A stretch of DNA of 64,000 nucleotides from Rickettsiales bacterium (GTDB lineage Bacteria > Pseudomonadota > Alphaproteobacteria > Rickettsiales > UBA6187). Below the pieces are notes generated by a model. It ran no database searches and had not been told where the DNA came from. It was given only the letters and a program-made list of their open reading frames with translations. The translations under genes were made by a program, and so were the position numbers. Each line of letters begins with the position of its first letter. Position 1 is the first letter of the stretch. This document shows positions 1 to 9,202 of this stretch, one piece after another. Location: the NCBI GenBank assembly GCA_028223895.1, contig JAOIVE010000004.1, positions 380 to 64,379 on the forward strand, written 5' to 3'.

Positions 1-829
1 CAATGATGAGATGGCAAGCTTTGTTCTGTTTAAGGCCGGAGATGAAACTCCTAAAGTTATTCCTCTTGAATTAATATCAAGACTTGAAGAAATAGATGTA
101 AAAGAAATAGAATATTCAAACGGCTCTGCGGTTATACAATATCGCAATGATCTTATGCGCTTATGTAAAATTGATCCTAATTATGAAATTCCAGAAAATG
201 GCATACAAGAGCTTTTAGTATTTACAGATAACTCCAAAATGATGGGGTTAATGGTAGGCGAGATACAAGATATCGTAAAAGCCAAGATGATTAGTAAATT
301 AAAATCCTCAAATGATGGATTTATCGGCTCTATAGTCATTAATAATCGCACCTGTGATGTTATTGACGCCAGCTATTATTTTAATAAAACATTTAATGAT
401 ATAGAAGAAGAATCAGCATCATCAAAAGCAAGATCAAATTCTACAGCAAATAACAGAGTTTTGCTGGTTGATGATAGCCCATTCTTCCGCAAATTCATAC
501 CGCCTGAGCTAGAAGCCGGAGGCTTTAGAGTTGTAACTGCAAAAGATGCTATTGATGCTCTAAATATCTTAAAAGAAGATAAGAATTTTCTGATTATAGT
601 TACTGATATGAATATGCCAAAAATGAGCGGACAGGAATTTGTTGACGCCTGTAAAGATGATGAGAGCTTGAAACACATACCTTTTGTAGCCCTATCATCT
701 CACTGTAGTGATGATGGAATATTTAATGAAGGTGATTTTCATGGATTTGAGAAGTTCGTTTCAAAAACAAATCATGCAGATCTGACTCAGGCGATCAAAG
801 ATTTAGTTGAAAATAAAGAGGTTGCATAA
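1..829 (+). CDS. cheA: Chemotaxis histidine kinase CheA, C-terminal fragment (CheW-like P5 domain fused to a receiver domain); 5' end lies outside the window
   Basis: Frame is open from nt 2 to the window edge. CheW-like segment (FVLFKAGDETPKVIPLELISRLEEI...) is followed by a REC domain (RVLLVDDSPFFRK...IIVTDMNMPKMSG). It heads the cheW-cheY-cheB-cheR run. Confidence 0.7.
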   Translation, partial: NDEMASFVLFKAGDETPKVIPLELISRLEEIDVKEIEYSNGSAVIQYRNDLMRLCKIDPNYEIPENGIQELLVFTDNSKMMGLMVGEIQDIVKAKMISKLKSSNDGFIGSIVINNRTCDVIDASYYFNKTFNDIEEESASSKARSNSTANNRVLLVDDSPFFRKFIPPELEAGGFRVVTAKDAIDALNILKEDKNFLIIVTDMNMPKMSGQEFVDACKDDESLKHIPFVALSSHCSDDGIFNEGDFHGFEKFVSKTNHADLTQAIKDLVENKEVA

Positions 830-1309
830 ATGACAACACAGGAAGCTTCAGATATAAACTATGATATAGAAAGTAAAAATGCGCACAGATATGTTTCAAT
901 GCGTATAGATAGCCAGCTATTTGGCATGAAGGTAGAAAAAATAGAAGATATTTTAATGCCTCAGGAAATAACCCCTATACCACTGTCTGGAGAGGAAATA
1001 ATTGGGTCATTAAATTTACGTGGAAGAATAGTAACTGCTATAGATCTAAGAGTGGTTTTGGGGATTCCAAAATTAGAAGAGCGAAAAGATTACAGATCAA
1101 TAGTGATTATTTGTAATAATGAGTTATACAGCCTCGTTGTAGATTCTGTTTCTGAAGTATTTAACATACCTTCTTCAGCGATATCCAAAAATCCGGAAAA
1201 TTTATCCGATAAGTGGAAAGAAATCTGCAATGGAGTTTATTCAGTAAAAGACGAACTGATGATAATATTAGATCCAACTAAATTACTAAAAGTAGAAAGT
1301 GATGAATGA
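830..1309 (+). CDS. cheW: Chemotaxis coupling protein CheW
   Basis: 159 aa single CheW-like domain (YVSMRIDSQLFGMKVEKIEDIL...LNLRGRIVTAIDLR). Its start abuts the cheA stop. Confidence 0.85.
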   Translation: MTTQEASDINYDIESKNAHRYVSMRIDSQLFGMKVEKIEDILMPQEITPIPLSGEEIIGSLNLRGRIVTAIDLRVVLGIPKLEERKDYRSIVIICNNELYSLVVDSVSEVFNIPSSAISKNPENLSDKWKEICNGVYSVKDELMIILDPTKLLKVESDE

Positions 1310-1680
1310 TGGAAAATAAAACCTGCTTAGTAGTAGATGATTCTAGCGTTGTGCGAAAAATATGCAGGCCCATTATGGAAAATTTAGGGTTTACTGTAAA
1401 TGAAGCAGCTGATGGAAAAGAGGCACTGGAATCATGCAACAAAATAATGCCTTCTGTTATTTTACTGGATTGGAACATGCCGGTCATGGATGGCCTTGCA
1501 TTCTTAAAAGCATTTTTTGAGGATAAACAAAAAAACGGGGTAAAGGTCATATTTTGCACTACAGAAAACGACATGGCAAAAATCATGGAAGCAATGGCAG
1601 CCGGTGCTGATGAATATATAATGAAACCATTTGACGCTGATATTATAGAAAATAAATTACGTCAAATGGGAATCATTTAA
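1306..1680 (+). CDS. cheY: Chemotaxis response regulator CheY (single receiver domain)
   Basis: 124 aa with LVVDDSSVVRK...LLDWNMPVMDG...KPF. There is a 4-nt overlap with cheW. Confidence 0.9.
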   Translation: MMENKTCLVVDDSSVVRKICRPIMENLGFTVNEAADGKEALESCNKIMPSVILLDWNMPVMDGLAFLKAFFEDKQKNGVKVIFCTTENDMAKIMEAMAAGADEYIMKPFDADIIENKLRQMGII

Positions 1681-1711
1681 TAAATAAAATATCCAATTTC
1701 AAGGGTCTTTT

Positions 1712-2776
1712 GTGAATAACGATGAAGCAAAATACAGAGTAATGATAGTTGAAGATTCTTCGGTTGTAAGGAATTTACTCGGCAAGATAATTAATGAAAC
1801 CAGCGATCTAAATCTAATAGAAACTGCTGAAAATGGCCGGGATGCTATTGATAAAATAACAAATGCAAGACCAGATATATTACTGCTTGATGTAGAAATG
1901 CCGGTTATGGATGGTCTTACTGCTTTACCAGTTCTTTTGAATAAATCTCCTGATACTAAAATAATAATGGTTTCTACTCTAACATCTCATAACGCGCGTA
2001 TTAGCATTACAGCATTAGAAAAAGGAGCATCGGACTATCTGCAAAAGCCATCTTCAAATACAGTTTTAGATGAATTTAAGAAGGAACTTTTACAAAAAAT
2101 ATATGCAATTGCACGAAAGAAACCAATTGATATTTCTTATCAAAGTAAAGTCGAACAAAATGATATAGAAGATAATTTTAAACCAGAAGTATTAGCAATT
2201 GGTAGTTCTACAGGTGGCCCTCAGGCACTGGCAACTTTATTTAGAGGGTTACCGCATAGTTTCAATAATGTTCCTATTTTTCTAACTCAGCATATGCCAC
2301 CTAAATTTACTACATTTTTAGCAAGCAGTATTGAAAACTCTTCTGGCAGAACCTGCATAGAGGCAAAAGACGGCGAACATGTAAAAAACGGCAATATCTA
2401 TATCGCACCCGGCGATTATCATATGCTCATAAAGGGGAAAAAAGATGATCTTATAATTAATCTCACTCAGACAGATCCGGAAAACTTCTGCCGCCCATCA
2501 GTTGATCCAATGCTTCGCAGCCTTGTTGATATATATGGCAGTAATATTTTAACTGTAATACTAACCGGAATGGGGCAAGATGGGCTTCTTGGATCTAAAA
2601 AAGTTGTTGAAAATGGCGGAAGGGTAATAATTCAGGATGAGGCTACAAGCGTTGTCTGGGGTATGCCAGGCGCAATTGCTAAAGCTGGCATTTACCATAA
2701 AATGCTTCCAATAAACCAAATCGCATCAAAGATAGTAGAAATTTTTGCAAAAGGAGGCATCAAGGATGGCTCTTAG
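1712..2776 (+). CDS. cheB: Protein-glutamate methylesterase/glutaminase CheB
   Basis: N-terminal REC domain (MIVEDSSVVRN...LLDVEMPVMDG) plus a CheB methylesterase domain (GSSTGGPQAL, HMPPKFT, GMGQDG). GTG start. Confidence 0.9.
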   Translation: MNNDEAKYRVMIVEDSSVVRNLLGKIINETSDLNLIETAENGRDAIDKITNARPDILLLDVEMPVMDGLTALPVLLNKSPDTKIIMVSTLTSHNARISITALEKGASDYLQKPSSNTVLDEFKKELLQKIYAIARKKPIDISYQSKVEQNDIEDNFKPEVLAIGSSTGGPQALATLFRGLPHSFNNVPIFLTQHMPPKFTTFLASSIENSSGRTCIEAKDGEHVKNGNIYIAPGDYHMLIKGKKDDLIINLTQTDPENFCRPSVDPMLRSLVDIYGSNILTVILTGMGQDGLLGSKKVVENGGRVIIQDEATSVVWGMPGAIAKAGIYHKMLPINQIASKIVEIFAKGGIKDGS

Positions 2777-3578
2777 TCCAAAGGTTTATACTGCAATAGT
2801 TAACATCGTAAAAAATAAATCAGGCATAGCCCTTGGTGATAATAAGGAATATCTCATAGAAAGCCGCCTGATGCCTATAGCAAAAAAATATGAATTGCCA
2901 ACATTAGATGCTCTTGTAAATCTAATGAACTCACAAATGAATGACCAGCTGCTAAATGATATAATAGAGGCAATGACAACAAATGAGTCTTTCTTCTTCA
3001 GAGATATAAAACCATTTGATAATTTAAGAGATCATGCAATACCTTATTTACTAAAAAATAACCCTGGCAAGAAGGATATAAACATATGGAGCGCGGCCTG
3101 CTCTACAGGTCAGGAGCCTTATTCAATAGCAATGACGCTTGAAGAACTACCGCAATTAAAAGATATAAAATATAAAATCACCGCTACAGATCTCGATACA
3201 AAAGTACTAAAAAAAGCCAAAGAGGGAATATATACTCAGTTTGAAGTTCAGCGCGGCATGCCAATTTCTCTATTGATTAAATATTTTACCCAGAAAAAAG
3301 AAAGATGGCTGATAAAAGATATATTAAAAGAACCTATTACATTTGAACCATTTAATCTTATGGATAACCCTGTTTCATTGGGAAATTTTGATATAGTATT
3401 TTGCCGCAACGTCTTGATATATTTTGATAATATAACGAAAGAAAAAGTACTTAAGAACCTCGCCGATAGAATGCCAAAGGGTAGCTTATTATTTTTGGGC
3501 GCTGCCGAAAATTTTGTAGATATCAAAGTTCCTTTTGAGTCTTTTGATAGCATTCCTGGTATTTATAAGCGCATTTAG
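2766..3578 (+). CDS. cheR: Chemotaxis protein methyltransferase CheR
   Basis: SAM-binding motif IWSAACSTGQEPYSIAM. The ATG at 2766 is preceded by AAGGAGG and preferred over the TTG at 2745; it overlaps the cheB stop. Confidence 0.9.
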   Translation: MALSPKVYTAIVNIVKNKSGIALGDNKEYLIESRLMPIAKKYELPTLDALVNLMNSQMNDQLLNDIIEAMTTNESFFFRDIKPFDNLRDHAIPYLLKNNPGKKDINIWSAACSTGQEPYSIAMTLEELPQLKDIKYKITATDLDTKVLKKAKEGIYTQFEVQRGMPISLLIKYFTQKKERWLIKDILKEPITFEPFNLMDNPVSLGNFDIVFCRNVLIYFDNITKEKVLKNLADRMPKGSLLFLGAAENFVDIKVPFESFDSIPGIYKRI

Positions 3579-3699
3579 CATTATACAAAACTTCCAACAG
3601 CAGCATAAAGGAAAATCAAGGGGAATATATGCGTATTTCTTGACCATATAGTGCAAATAAGTATTATGGCATTTTTGCAAGTACCAAAGGAGTAACATT

Positions 3700-5094
3700 A
3701 TGAGTCAAGTGCGCATTGAAACTGATAGTTTTGGAGAGTTAGAAGTCCCATCTGATAAATATTGGGGCGCGCAAACTCAACGCTCTTTGGGAAATTTTAA
3801 AATTAGCGGTGAGAAAATGGCTCCGCCTCTTGTTCGCGCATTGGGTATTTTAAAAAAATCTGCCGCAATTGTTAATATGGAATATGGCATTCTTGATAAA
3901 AAGATTGGAGATGCTTTAGTTCAGGCTGCTGATGAAGTTATTTCACTAAAATTGCTAGATAATTTTCCATTAGTTGTTTGGCAAACCGGGTCTGGAACTC
4001 AGACAAATATGAATAGTAATGAAGTAATTGCCAATCGCGCGATTGAAATACTTGGCGGAAAAATGGGTAGCAAAGACCCCGTTCACCCTAATGATCACGT
4101 TAATATGGGACAGTCATCAAATGATACATTCCCAACAGCTATGCATATTGCAGCAGCTGAGCAAATAAATCACTCTCTTATTCCATCTCTTGAAAAATTA
4201 GGAGCTGCACTAAAAAGTAAGTCAGAAGAATATAAAGATATAATAAAAATTGGCCGCACACATTTACAAGATGCAACACCTCTTACTTTGGGTCAGGAAT
4301 TTTCAGGATACGCTACTCAAATTGAATATGGCATAGAGCGTGTTAAAGCAACATTACCAAGACTTTACATGCTTGCTCAAGGAGGAACAGCCGTTGGAAC
4401 AGGTCTTAATTCTAAAAAGGGTTTTGATGTAAAATTTGCCTCTGAGGTTACAAAAATAACTGGTCTTCCGTTTATAACAGCACCAAATAAATTTGAAGCT
4501 CTTGCTGCTCATGATGCCATAGTTGAAGCCAGCGGCGCGTTAAATGTTTTAGCTGCAAGTCTTATGAAAATTGCCAACGATATAAGGCTTCTTGGATCTG
4601 GCCCGCGCTGTGGGCTTGGCGAAATAAGCCTGCCTGAGAATGAGCCTGGCTCCTCTATTATGCCCGGTAAAGTTAATCCTACTCAATGTGAAGCGATGAC
4701 TATGCTTTGCGCACAAGTTATGGGTAATAATGTTGCTATAACAGTAGGTGGATCAAATGGTCATTTTGAACTTAATGTATTTAAGCCAATGATGATTCAC
4801 AATCTTTTGCAGTCTATCCGCCTTATAAGCGATGGCTGCCAAAGCTTTACCGATAATTGTGTTTCTGGAATTACAGCAAATAAAGAGCGCATTGAATCAC
4901 TACGCGATGAATCACTTATGCTGGTTACTGCTCTTAATCCGCATATTGGCTATGATAATAGTACAAAAATTGCTAAAAAAGCTCATAAAGATGGAACAAG
5001 GTTGATAGATGCGGCTTTAGAGCTTGGTCTTTTAACTGAAGAGAATTTCTCACAATGGGTGCGTCCTGAAGATATGATTGGCCCTAAAGAGTAA
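3700..5094 (+). CDS. fumC: Class II fumarate hydratase
   Basis: 464 aa with the fumarate lyase signature [16 protein letters not shown] and an N-terminus ([25 protein letters not shown]) typical of FumC. Confidence 0.95.
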   Translation: MSQVRIETDSFGELEVPSDKYWGAQTQRSLGNFKISGEKMAPPLVRALGILKKSAAIVNMEYGILDKKIGDALVQAADEVISLKLLDNFPLVVWQTGSGTQTNMNSNEVIANRAIEILGGKMGSKDPVHPNDHVNMGQSSNDTFPTAMHIAAAEQINHSLIPSLEKLGAALKSKSEEYKDIIKIGRTHLQDATPLTLGQEFSGYATQIEYGIERVKATLPRLYMLAQGGTAVGTGLNSKKGFDVKFASEVTKITGLPFITAPNKFEALAAHDAIVEASGALNVLAASLMKIANDIRLLGSGPRCGLGEISLPENEPGSSIMPGKVNPTQCEAMTMLCAQVMGNNVAITVGGSNGHFELNVFKPMMIHNLLQSIRLISDGCQSFTDNCVSGITANKERIESLRDESLMLVTALNPHIGYDNSTKIAKKAHKDGTRLIDAALELGLLTEENFSQWVRPEDMIGPKE

Positions 5095-5115
5095 CTTTTT
5101 TTCTTTATTATATAT

Positions 5116-5179
5116 TATCGCTACCCAATGCTTGTGACGTGAAACTTTTATATTGTCCAATAGGTTGCAGGTAGCGATA
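5116..5179. terminator. 10-bp perfect inverted repeat (TATCGCTACC ... GGTAGCGATA) with a 44-nt spacer between convergent fumC and the giant pilin-like gene; possible bidirectional terminator or small element
   Basis: Arms read directly at 5116-5125 and 5170-5179. The spacer is long for a classical terminator. Confidence 0.3.
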
Positions 5180-5185
5180 AAAACC

Positions 5186-8100
5186 CTATTCAACAGTATT
5201 AAGCTCAATACTCCACTTCTTAGCCAGATATTTCTCTATTTTTCTGCGCTCTCCTGCATCCAAAGCACGATCATAAATTATTACCTCATGTATATCACCG
5301 CTAAAATCCTGCGTATCTGAAGAGCTTGAACCAAGAGATATAACGGTATCTGATATATTTGCTGAAGTATTTACTCCGTCAACCCCTTTTCTGCCATCTA
5401 AATATATTTCATGCACATGGCTTCCTGAAACTCCCTTATATATTCCTGTTACTATATGCCATGAATTAAGAACATAACCGCCTTGAGTATATGCAGCAGT
5501 GCCTTCAATATCAAATTTGAAAATATTTCCCAACAATTCGCCTGAAATATCGCTAACATAGAGCTGAGCCCTGCCATTGGCAACAGAATTATTTCCTACC
5601 ACCATAGCCATAGGAGTCCCGGAGCCACTTGTTGGCTTTGCAACTAAAAAGAAAGTTTTTGCATTTGCTCCTGTAGTCAAACCAGATGTTGAAGTATCCT
5701 TCATCAAACTCGAAGAAAATGTCAGATGATTATCTCCTGAATCATATGTTGGCCCTGTTCCTGTAGGCGTTAAGTCATTTGCATTAATTGACTTATCTTT
5801 TATACATTCAACCGTACCGCCATTTGCAACGGTTGCTCCAGAACAATTAGTTTCAAGAATTGTGCTTGCATCACTAACATCATACCAGGCCGCAAGGCTA
5901 TCAACGATTCCTGCCGGCCCAAGTCCCCATTTATAGGCTAAAGCACGGCTAAGCTTACGCCTTTCATTTGCTGACATCACACGATTATAAATTGCTATTT
6001 CTGCAATATCCACATTGGCAAAATTTGCTCCTGTATGATCGGCTCCAAGGAATATTTCAGATACCATATCTGCAGTTGTAATTGTTTGTGTAGCGCCAAT
6101 CTGCTTTTCATTTACATATGACAAACCATTTGAACCACTTCTTTCAAAAGTTGCTAAATATGCTTGCGTGTTAAATGAAGAAGATGGTCGGTTAAACCAT
6201 GTTGTCGTACTTGAGAATACATATGGGTTACCTGAATTTGCTGTAGATCCGGTACTACTTGCATTCCAATACCAACCATCACCACTTCCGTCATGATGGT
6301 AAAAAACCCTTCCATCAGAATCTGTTAAACTTTTTGAGACCATAAAAAAGCTAAAATCTCCTGAAAGTGTTAATTCCGAAGAAGAAGCCATCGTTTCAGC
6401 AGTGCCATCAAAGGTTATAACAACTCTGCCATTTAATGTATTTCTTCTATCAGGCTGATTTGCATCAGTTGCCTGATAAAGATTTTTTGCAGCTGCAACA
6501 TCATTCCATTGTGTTACGTCAGCATCAGCATCGGCCACATTGGCATCATCAGTAGCTATAGTATTTGGATTACTTGCATCAAGCCAGAATACTAAGCCAG
6601 AAAATTCATTTGCATCAGGATCCGGAAGAGCAATTTTCCATTTATTTGATAGATACTCCTCTACATCTCTCATTTGATATAAATCAAGCGTAGCATTATA
6701 AACTATTATTTCACCAATATTTCCCTGATAATATTTAGTGTCAAAACCATTTCCAATATTACCGTTATTTGCAGTGGTTAAACCTGTAGTATTTCCACCA
6801 TATGCATCATAAAGAACGCCGTCCTTATAAGTCCTTATATAGTGCCCATAACCTGTACCAAACTTTGCCGTTACGATATTAGGAGTTGGAGATGTTGCAT
6901 AAGAAGGAATTGTAGTAATATCAATATCATTACCCCATTGCGCAAGCGATAGCCATGGAGTGCCAAAGTTCCTGTAACCTATATGAAGACTTACATTTGC
7001 ACTGCCACCACCATCATTTCCCAGAAAATATGCTTCATGTTTATCGGCAGTTCTATCTTCTACAACAAAAATTGTATATGCGCTGCTGCCAGCAAGAAAC
7101 GTCAAATCCACATCAAGGTGATCATTTGATCCATCAAAACCTAAAGCAGGAAGCCCGCCCACAACATTTGTCGCATATGTAGGCTGGTTATCTTCGGTGG
7201 CATGAGATGCATCTCTGCCATTTCCAGATTTATCTTTCCACTTACTAACTTTTGAACCATTAAGAATTACTGTCTGACAATCATTTGCATCTACCCATAG
7301 CTGCATATTTGTACGTGATGGCGGGTCAGTATAGTCTGGCGCTTCTCTGGTTTTTACGCAATTTCCAACCGATCTTGCACCAAAATAACATGCGTTGCTT
7401 ACACTTGTAGCACTATGATCTACAATTTCATAGCCATCAGGGCAATGACATGCTCCAACCGGATCAAGATCTGTACGGCGGAACTTCATTCCCGACGGAC
7501 ATGACTGCTCATTATCGTCACCTAATTTTATACCCCATTTTTCTGATAAATATCTTTCAACATTGCGCATGTATTTTTGGCTTAAAGCTTTATTATAAAT
7601 TATAATTTCACCAATATTTCCCTGATAATATTTAGTGTCAAAGCCGTTAGCCACATTACCATTATTTGCTGAAATTAAAGCTGTTGTATTAGTATTTGAT
7701 GCTTCATACACAACTCCATCTTTGTGTGTTCTTATATAATGCCCAACACTTGTATCTAACTTTGCAGTTACGATGTTAGGAGTTGGAGATGCCGTGTAAG
7801 ATGGTATATTATCTATATCAAGATCATTACCCCACTGACCAAGCGACAACCAGGGAGTACCAAAATTTCTATATCCTATGTGAAGACTTAAATTTGAACC
7901 GCCGCCGCCATCATTTCCTATAAAATATGCTTCGTGCTTATCAGCAGTTCGGTCCTCTACAGCAAATATAGTATATGCAGAACCTGCAAGAAATGATAAA
8001 TCAACATCCATATGATCATTCGATCCGTCAAAACCTAATACTGGCAGGCCATTAATAACATTTGTTCCATATAGAGGCTGAAAACTTGCGCTTGATTGAG

Positions 8101-9193
8101 TGGCGTTTCTAGCATTGCCACTTTTATCTTTCCAGCAACCAACAGCATTAGTATTTGCCGGAATTGAGATAGTTGTACAATCATCATTGGTATATAAAGT
8201 ATTAATATCCGCTGAATCCAGCCACACCTGCAAACCAGAAATACTAGATGGATTATTAGATTGTACCGGCTGGCTATCGCAATATTTCAATAGATTTGTA
8301 GCAGCGCTATATATCGCATCAGCCTGAGAGCTATCACCATCATCGGTTGCAGCATATGAATCAAGTGAACTACGTTTAGCATCGTAAACGCTGCGTGCAT
8401 TGCGGCATGTCACAGCATCAAATTTATAATCAGCTACATTATTTTTAGGAATAATGATTTTGGTTTTAGTTGCATAAACAACAATATCGTCAAAATTATT
8501 AGTCTTTTTATTTTTTACATAGGTTTTAACAGTATGGTCAAGATTTTGCTTCTCAAAACCTACCGCAGACGCAGCCCCCGGAGGAGTTGTAGTGTCATTT
8601 CTTCTCCACGCAACATTATAACCATTATTTCCATGGCTAATAATAACATAAACTGCCCCTTGATTATCAGGAATTGTAGCGTCAATTTCTGTTAAATTAG
8701 TACCTGCAATATCTGATATTCTTATATCGCCATTATTATTTGTATCGTTAAAGTCGGTGCTATTTCCCATCCAATCTGCTACGCGATATGTAAATTTACG
8801 CTCCCAGCCATCATAGGCATATTCATCGGACAGGCCTAATGTACGCACAGGAACCATACCGGTTTCATTACTTATTGTTCCGGCATCACATTTATGATCT
8901 GTAGTTCCATCATAGGCAGTTGCCACCCCAAAATTGGTATTAGTTTCAAGATAAGAAGGCACAGCAGGGCAAGGAATATAATTTTTGGTGCGAATAAAAG
9001 CTTCCAGAGCTCTTTGTATCACCTCCAGATTATTTTCTGTTTGGCGAACTGCAACGGCCTCATTGCGTTTTTGTAATACGGAAAGTCCTCCAACTGCCAA
9101 CATTGCTATAATGCTGGTAGAAATTGATAGCTCAGCAAGTGAATATCCACCGTTTGCCTTAATCAAATTTTTTAGTCGCTTTAACCAGTTCAT
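5186..9193 (-). CDS. Giant modular type IV pilin/pseudopilin-like protein: prepilin N-terminal cleavage/methylation signal, pilin-like core and four LamG/concanavalin-A-like lectin modules
   Basis: N-terminus MNWLKRLKNLIKANGG/YSLAELSISTSIIAMLAVGG has a Gly cleavage site, Glu at +5 and a hydrophobic helix. Four modules each begin W(L/V/Y)D... and end GDI/GNIGE(I/V)IIY(N/D)..L....R..E.YL..KW. Approximate module positions are 7530-8234, 6640-7306, 5925-6600 and 5189-5900. Confidence 0.75.
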   Translation of the reverse strand: MNWLKRLKNLIKANGGYSLAELSISTSIIAMLAVGGLSVLQKRNEAVAVRQTENNLEVIQRALEAFIRTKNYIPCPAVPSYLETNTNFGVATAYDGTTDHKCDAGTISNETGMVPVRTLGLSDEYAYDGWERKFTYRVADWMGNSTDFNDTNNNGDIRISDIAGTNLTEIDATIPDNQGAVYVIISHGNNGYNVAWRRNDTTTPPGAASAVGFEKQNLDHTVKTYVKNKKTNNFDDIVVYATKTKIIIPKNNVADYKFDAVTCRNARSVYDAKRSSLDSYAATDDGDSSQADAIYSAATNLLKYCDSQPVQSNNPSSISGLQVWLDSADINTLYTNDDCTTISIPANTNAVGCWKDKSGNARNATQSSASFQPLYGTNVINGLPVLGFDGSNDHMDVDLSFLAGSAYTIFAVEDRTADKHEAYFIGNDGGGGSNLSLHIGYRNFGTPWLSLGQWGNDLDIDNIPSYTASPTPNIVTAKLDTSVGHYIRTHKDGVVYEASNTNTTALISANNGNVANGFDTKYYQGNIGEIIIYNKALSQKYMRNVERYLSEKWGIKLGDDNEQSCPSGMKFRRTDLDPVGACHCPDGYEIVDHSATSVSNACYFGARSVGNCVKTREAPDYTDPPSRTNMQLWVDANDCQTVILNGSKVSKWKDKSGNGRDASHATEDNQPTYATNVVGGLPALGFDGSNDHLDVDLTFLAGSSAYTIFVVEDRTADKHEAYFLGNDGGGSANVSLHIGYRNFGTPWLSLAQWGNDIDITTIPSYATSPTPNIVTAKFGTGYGHYIRTYKDGVLYDAYGGNTTGLTTANNGNIGNGFDTKYYQGNIGEIIVYNATLDLYQMRDVEEYLSNKWKIALPDPDANEFSGLVFWLDASNPNTIATDDANVADADADVTQWNDVAAAKNLYQATDANQPDRRNTLNGRVVITFDGTAETMASSSELTLSGDFSFFMVSKSLTDSDGRVFYHHDGSGDGWYWNASSTGSTANSGNPYVFSSTTTWFNRPSSSFNTQAYLATFERSGSNGLSYVNEKQIGATQTITTADMVSEIFLGADHTGANFANVDIAEIAIYNRVMSANERRKLSRALAYKWGLGPAGIVDSLAAWYDVSDASTILETNCSGATVANGGTVECIKDKSINANDLTPTGTGPTYDSGDNHLTFSSSLMKDTSTSGLTTGANAKTFFLVAKPTSGSGTPMAMVVGNNSVANGRAQLYVSDISGELLGNIFKFDIEGTAAYTQGGYVLNSWHIVTGIYKGVSGSHVHEIYLDGRKGVDGVNTSANISDTVISLGSSSSDTQDFSGDIHEVIIYDRALDAGERRKIEKYLAKKWSIELNTVE
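6640..8234 (-). repeat. Intragenic tandem duplication of a LamG module plus linker (period 897-927 nt) inside the giant pilin-like gene
   Basis: An identical 35-nt run occurs at 6711-6745 and 7608-7642. Long shared peptide runs include GFDGSNDH, VEDRTADKHEAYF, LHIGYRNFGTPWLSL, TPNIVTAK and GFDTKYYQGNIGEII. Confidence 0.85.
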
Positions 9194-9202
9194 TTTTTTA
9201 CC

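Noticed and set aside
6640-8234. The near-identical LamG repeats could be the template and variable repeats of a diversity-generating retroelement.
   Set aside because: There is no reverse transcriptase or accessory gene in the window. Both copies are in-frame coding modules of one gene. The differences I could see are not confined to adenine positions. Tandem domain duplication explains the pattern.
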